Positions 59,401-64,000 of a DNA stretch of 64,000 bases are shown here, piece by piece. The notes under the pieces are model-generated. The model did not search any database, was not told the DNA's origin, and saw only the letters and a list, made by a program, of their open reading frames with translations. This stretch comes from Balanoglossus misakiensis (lineage: Eukaryota; Animalia; Hemichordata). The stretch spans positions 7,910,043 through 7,974,042 of the forward strand of contig CM082593.2 of NCBI GenBank assembly GCA_040954595.2. Reading direction: 5' to 3'. A program made the position numbers and the translations under genes. Positions within the stretch are counted from its first letter, which is position 1; each line of letters opens with the position of its first letter.

Positions 59401-62400
59401 AATAATAAAGGTTGAAACTGCGTGATTCTCGCAATTTTCATAAATTTTGTATAATTGACATCGTTATTTTTACTTCCGGTTTAGGAAACTCTAAAAAGTT
59501 CAGGGTCGGCGGGCTAAAATTAGGGTAGGTCGGGTTATCAGAACAGCACATATTTTTTTATTTCATGGCCTCATGAACAAATGCAAGGTTAACCTACCTG
59601 TAAGTGTCCGCCATTTCAAATTGTAATTGACGGCAATACATCAGGAAGTGTTGAGGATTGAGGTCAGTCAGTATGTTCTGTAACATATCCACTCGTCTCT
59701 TATGCATCCTGCATTTTCTCTCGAGGTCTGTTTCAAAGAATGCAAGTAATTTGAAGAGCATACTGTAATCCTACAGAGGAAAAGAAGACAGCATTTTATC
59801 CAGCTGGGCTCTCACCATACAAGACAATCAGATTAAACATACAGACATACTGTAGAACGGGTTATTTTTGCAACAGGAAATTTTCACGATATCAAAGGAG
59901 GCAACTGTTACGTATGGATTAATTTTCGCGTTCCCTTTTTTTTACTTGATAGTTATCTCCAAAAAACATTTTACACGACTTTATATTTTCACGTCTTTTT
60001 GCTCTTGCGTATTTCGTGAAAATTTATTGCTCGCGAAAATAACCTGTTTTACAGTACATAAATACATCCATACATAAATCCATCCATCCATCCATCCATC
60101 CATCCATCCATCCATACATACATACATACATACATACATACATACAGACGCATCAGTGGAAATACAATGAACTATGTATTATGAAAAGTTACACACACTT
60201 ATACTGAATATCATTAAAATGGTGAAAATTGTACAAACCTGTATAATGTTGATATTATCAGACACAAAACCATCCAAGACATAATGTTCTTTTGATTCAT
60301 TGATCCACTTCTGACAGCACAGGAAAACTTCTCTTGCCTGAAAAAAAATGCAACTAAGCAAAGTTAGCAAAACCAGCTGTTGCTAGAGTAGCACTATGAG
60401 AAGGCAAAACTCTATCTTTGTATTCTTGTTGCTTCATATAAAATCATACCATTATAACTGTTGTGTTGGCAAAATTTGAAAAAAAGGCAACGTTAACAAA
60501 GGAAATGGAGAAGTTCAAATGTTTAATAAATTTATGAAAAAACCCTCATCCAAACATGGCTGAGTTTACACATGTATTTTTATTATCTGTGGCACTGATC
60601 TCTGATTCAGTTCGAGCCGAGCTCGAGGTACTTTTTTTTAATTGTCAATGTTGTTTTCCAGATAATTTATGATAGGTACAAAAACTTGACAATCTTGCTA
60701 CAATTCTAAAGTTCACCTATTAAAAAGAGGCAAAGGAATTATTCTCACCTCTTCGTAAGTTTTGACAAGTTTGTCTGTAACTTGGGTTTCAATTGCAGTC
60801 AGTTCGAGTGATTTAAATCGTAATTCGGACTTGGAAGCACCATTTGCTGAATCTTTATGATTCTGGGGAGTCTCAGCTTGGCTATCTTCCTGTGTCTGGG
60901 GAGTCTCAGCTTGGTTATCTTCCTGTGTCTGGGGAGTCTCAGCTTGGTTATCTTCCTGTGTCTGGGGAGTCTCAGCTTGGTTATCTTCCTGTGTCTGGGG
61001 AGTCTCAGCTTGGTTATCTTCCTGTGTCTGGGGAGTCTCAGCTTGACTATCTTCACCAGTCTGGGGAGCCCTAGATTGATCGTCTTGACTACCACCACAG
61101 GCACCTTGCCTTTCCTCCTCACACTTATGCAAAAGATCCTCCCGTCGTTCCATGTCTTCAAGGATTCGTGATTGATCAGCAGCTCTGTAATATAAAACAC
61201 CCATGAAATCCACAAAGTGAAAGAAACTAGGTCAATTAAGGATGTACGTTCAGTAAAATTGAAAGTATTGTCATTTTTTTTAATTGTGGATTTTTGGATT
61301 CCCCTTTGTATGTATAATGAAAATCTCTAATAAAATATAGGCCGCGCTTCTTTTTGAAATATAGAGCTATGAATTTAGTCGATAATAGAAGAAAACTGCT
61401 GACTCAGCATTTTTCACCAATGGTTTGTCTATGGGCAAAAATTTTAACGCAATTTATCTCAAAATAGAGCACGGTGACCCCTATATTTTATTTGACCAAT
61501 GACTTTATATTTACTGGACTGAGCTTTGTGTGAAATTTCGTGAAAATGACAATAGTAGAAGTTTGTTTTCTAGCGATTATCAATGTAATCCTATGGGGAA
61601 AAGACCGGGCGCGCAGTGTTTCCGGTTTATGTTCTGCACGTACATCCTTAAAGCCCCATATAAATCAAGTCTGGACTAGAATTCCTTTGTCAACAAAATC
61701 AATGGCCGTTACACAGATATTGACAAGTGAAGTACTGGGTATATTAGCATGCTGTTTGAAGAAGAACAAGAAATTCTGGCCGATATAGGCAAACTTCCCC
61801 CCTGTTTATCGGTATCCTAATATTGATCAAACAAGGGGAGGGGGGGGGGTCTTGTTGGCTTGTACAAACAGTAGATAGTCACATGTTTAATTGGTGTACA
61901 TGTAATGATTGGCTCCAACAGAAATTTGTTCGAGTCATATCACGTAGAAAGACACACCGCCTACAGTCATTCATTCAGGGTACCCTCATACGACTGTACC
62001 TTACAGTAAAAGTGATAGCAAGTACCATAAAAAATGATTAAAATCTTACTTGGACAATGTAAGTAAACCTATGCAGTATTTAGTCCAGCACCTGGCTATG
62101 TCAGCTTTTCTCAATGGTAACGGGTCATCGACCTCAGTCTCCTCAGTTGGTGTTTCACTATCAAGGTATTTTTCATAAGCCTCCTGAAATACCTCACTTG
62201 CACTGGCTGTAAAGATTAGTTTGCAATTACTTAATCATACAATATATTTGTTATCTTTATCTTTAAAGCCCCAATACAGGGTAGGTGCCACATTTATCAT
62301 ACACGTAATTTCAATCTCCTAATTCTTAAAGGTATATGGTCACCTCCAATTTACATACGCCCATATATGGCTGAAATGGCGTATCTGAGTGTTCTAAAGA

Positions 62401-64000
62401 ACAAATGGCGGTGCTCTTTTTTTATTGTGTGACACCCGCTGAAAATCTGGGATTGGTTAGATCTTAATTTGCCATGGTTACAGTAGCTAAATTTGCATAG
62501 GTGACCGTATACCTTTAAGAGTATAACTGCACTATTCCAATGGGGATGAGAACTTGAAGTTCTCCCAGTCTGAATCCACAGCTGGCATGGTGCATGTAAT
62601 GGTGTCTTACTTACCTAGACAATGACGTGCCTGTGTGAAATCATCGTTTGTCAAGTAATACTGTGACAATGTTGCACAGTTCGTTGCCCAGTCCACTGCA
62701 TCATACTGATTGGTTTCCAACTGTCTTTGTAATGTTGTATGACAATACATGGCAGACTGTGGATGACAAAAGGATTTACACGAGGTATTGTTAGGTTGTT
62801 TTATTTTGTGTTCTGTTGTTGGGTTGTTTTGTTTTCTGTTGTTGTGTTATGTTGTTTGTTGTTTGTGTTCTGTTGTTGATGTTTTGTATTCTGTTGTTGT
62901 ATTATCTCGTCTTGTCTTGTTGTTTGTGTTCTGCTGTTGTGTTGTGATATTGTGTTGTTGAGTTTTTGTTGTGTTGTATTGTGTTGTATTGTGCTGTTGT
63001 GTTGATTTGTTTTGTTGTGATGCGTTGTGCTGTTGAGTTGTGTTGATTTTTGTTTTGTTGTCTTGTTTTGTGCTGTTGTGTTGATTTGTTTTGTTGTGAT
63101 GCGTTGTGCTGTTGTGTTGTGTTGATTTTTGTTTTGTTGTCTTGTTTTGTGCTGTTGTGTTGATTTGTGTTGTTGTGTTGTGGTGGGTTGTGTTGAGTTG
63201 TGCTGTGTTGTCATGTTGATATGCACGACAAACAGGATTACAACAAGTACCAGAAGTAGAAGACACACTGACATGCAACCAGTATAATTCTTAGACATTC
63301 TTTTTGCAAGAGAGAAAAAAAACCTGACTACTTTACCTTATCCTTATTGTCTAGTTTCCCATGCACTTGAGCCAGGAAGTAAAGAGTCAGCGTGTGTAAC
63401 TGTTCAAATTTAGACTGACGGTCATGTTCGGATAATCTCTCATCTTCAGATCTGAACAACCTGGAAGGACGAAATATACATTGGAATATTTGCAGCAGGC
63501 TTTGCTGCTGTTTATCAGTATTTTGATGAGATGGAAATTCACGTATTGTACGGTACTTACTCATGTATACTGGATGGTGCTTTTCCAACTTCATGCATGT
63601 ATTGAAGGTACAGACTCTCAGAATCCTGGCAATAAAATACAAACAAGATTAACCAGAGCTTTTCGTGCGACTTGTTTTTAATATGCAGTGATTCCATGTC
63701 AAAAATCATACCGGCTATCCTACTTGTTAGGCTAATTAGGCTAATTTAAATGTTTCAAACGAATGCATTATTCTAGGCGGGCAACCAATCACAGCACGGG
63801 CACTTTCCAGCAGTCAGCTGAAGGTAGCTCGAAGCTGGATTCAGCGTGTAGAAAAAGCTTGGCATTTATAACAGTCAACTTATTTACCTGTAGATATTGT
63901 AACGCTTGGTGGAAATCACTCCTAGCACACCACAGTATGCCATATTGATTGAGTGCACTCAAAACAATACTGACACATTTCTCATTCAACTTTTCACTTT
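56410..64000 (-). CDS. KIFBP: KIF-binding protein (KIF1BP/KIAA1279), 5' end outside the window
   Basis: Exons include >64000-63888, 63625-63561, 63460-63337, 62756-62615, 62206-62050, 61184-60749, 60337-60239, 59770-59598, 59344-59264, then approximately 58787-58750, 58551-58457, 57868-57812, 57185-57121, 56487-56410. Motifs LYFLAQV, YCHTTLQRQL, LAFFETDLERKCRMHKRR, LNPQHFL, EMVSLLP. Confidence 0.95.
56908..57035. mobile_element. Foldback MITE with TAG termini and 9-bp TSD (AcademH- or Mutator-like)
   Basis: tagactctctcacagcccc / ggggctgtgagagagtcta, TSD GGCTAAAGT on both sides. Confidence 0.85.
57250..57492. mobile_element. Palindromic element (Crypton-like non-autonomous?)
   Basis: atattga..gggcaacagcatacg..tgt / aca.acgtatgctgttgccc..tcaatat, internal ggccgaa motifs. 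Confidence 0.55.
60862..61068 (-). repeat. Coding 33-bp tandem repeat (QAETPQTQEDN)x~6 inside a KIFBP exon
   Basis: ctggggagtctcagcttggttatcttcctgtgt repeated, in frame in exon 61184-60749. Confidence 0.95.
61240..61647. mobile_element. Kolobok-like MITE family B (TTAA TSD), partial copies near 37460-37740 and 30250-30657
   Basis: ttaa|ggatgtacg ... cgtacatcc|ttaa, shared internal ctgctgactcagca motif. Confidence 0.8.
62330..62514. mobile_element. Kolobok-like MITE family C (TTAA TSD)
   Basis: ttaa|aggtatatggtcacct ... aggtgaccgtatacct|ttaa. Confidence 0.8.
62790..63215. repeat. Degenerate (TTG/TTGTG)n low-complexity tract in a KIFBP intron
   Basis: Directly visible, lies between exons ending 63337 and starting 62756. 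Confidence 0.9.

Noticed and set aside
62801-63298. 165-aa ORF with a signal-like start and Q/T/N-rich body
   Set aside because: Low-complexity TTG tract within a KIFBP intron, no independent support

Overview
AT-rich, intron-containing animal genomic DNA, not prokaryotic. The gene content and repeat families suggest a marine invertebrate deuterostome such as a hemichordate or echinoderm (inference). Genes were assembled by hand from GT-AG sites and exon phases. In order they are: a minus-strand zinc-ribbon plus Gln-rich gene resembling an RNF213-type N-terminus, with an ISRE/kB/CRE/CCAAT promoter; a head-to-head pair of gamma-glutamylcyclotransferase paralogues that both lack the catalytic Glu; orphan exons and an orphan membrane-anchored ORF; SAMD8/SMSr and VDAC, divergent from a very small shared promoter; COX18; and the 3' part of KIFBP. 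Introns hold many non-autonomous DNA transposons (TTAA-, TA-, TTA-, 5-, 7- and 9-bp target duplications, palindromic elements, Helentron/HINE-like elements with internal tandem arrays) and microsatellites. The main structural oddity is a near-identical 2.5-2.9 kb inverted repeat (9132-12044 and 19937-22393) that brackets exons of two different genes. No rRNA, tRNA or CRISPR array was seen.
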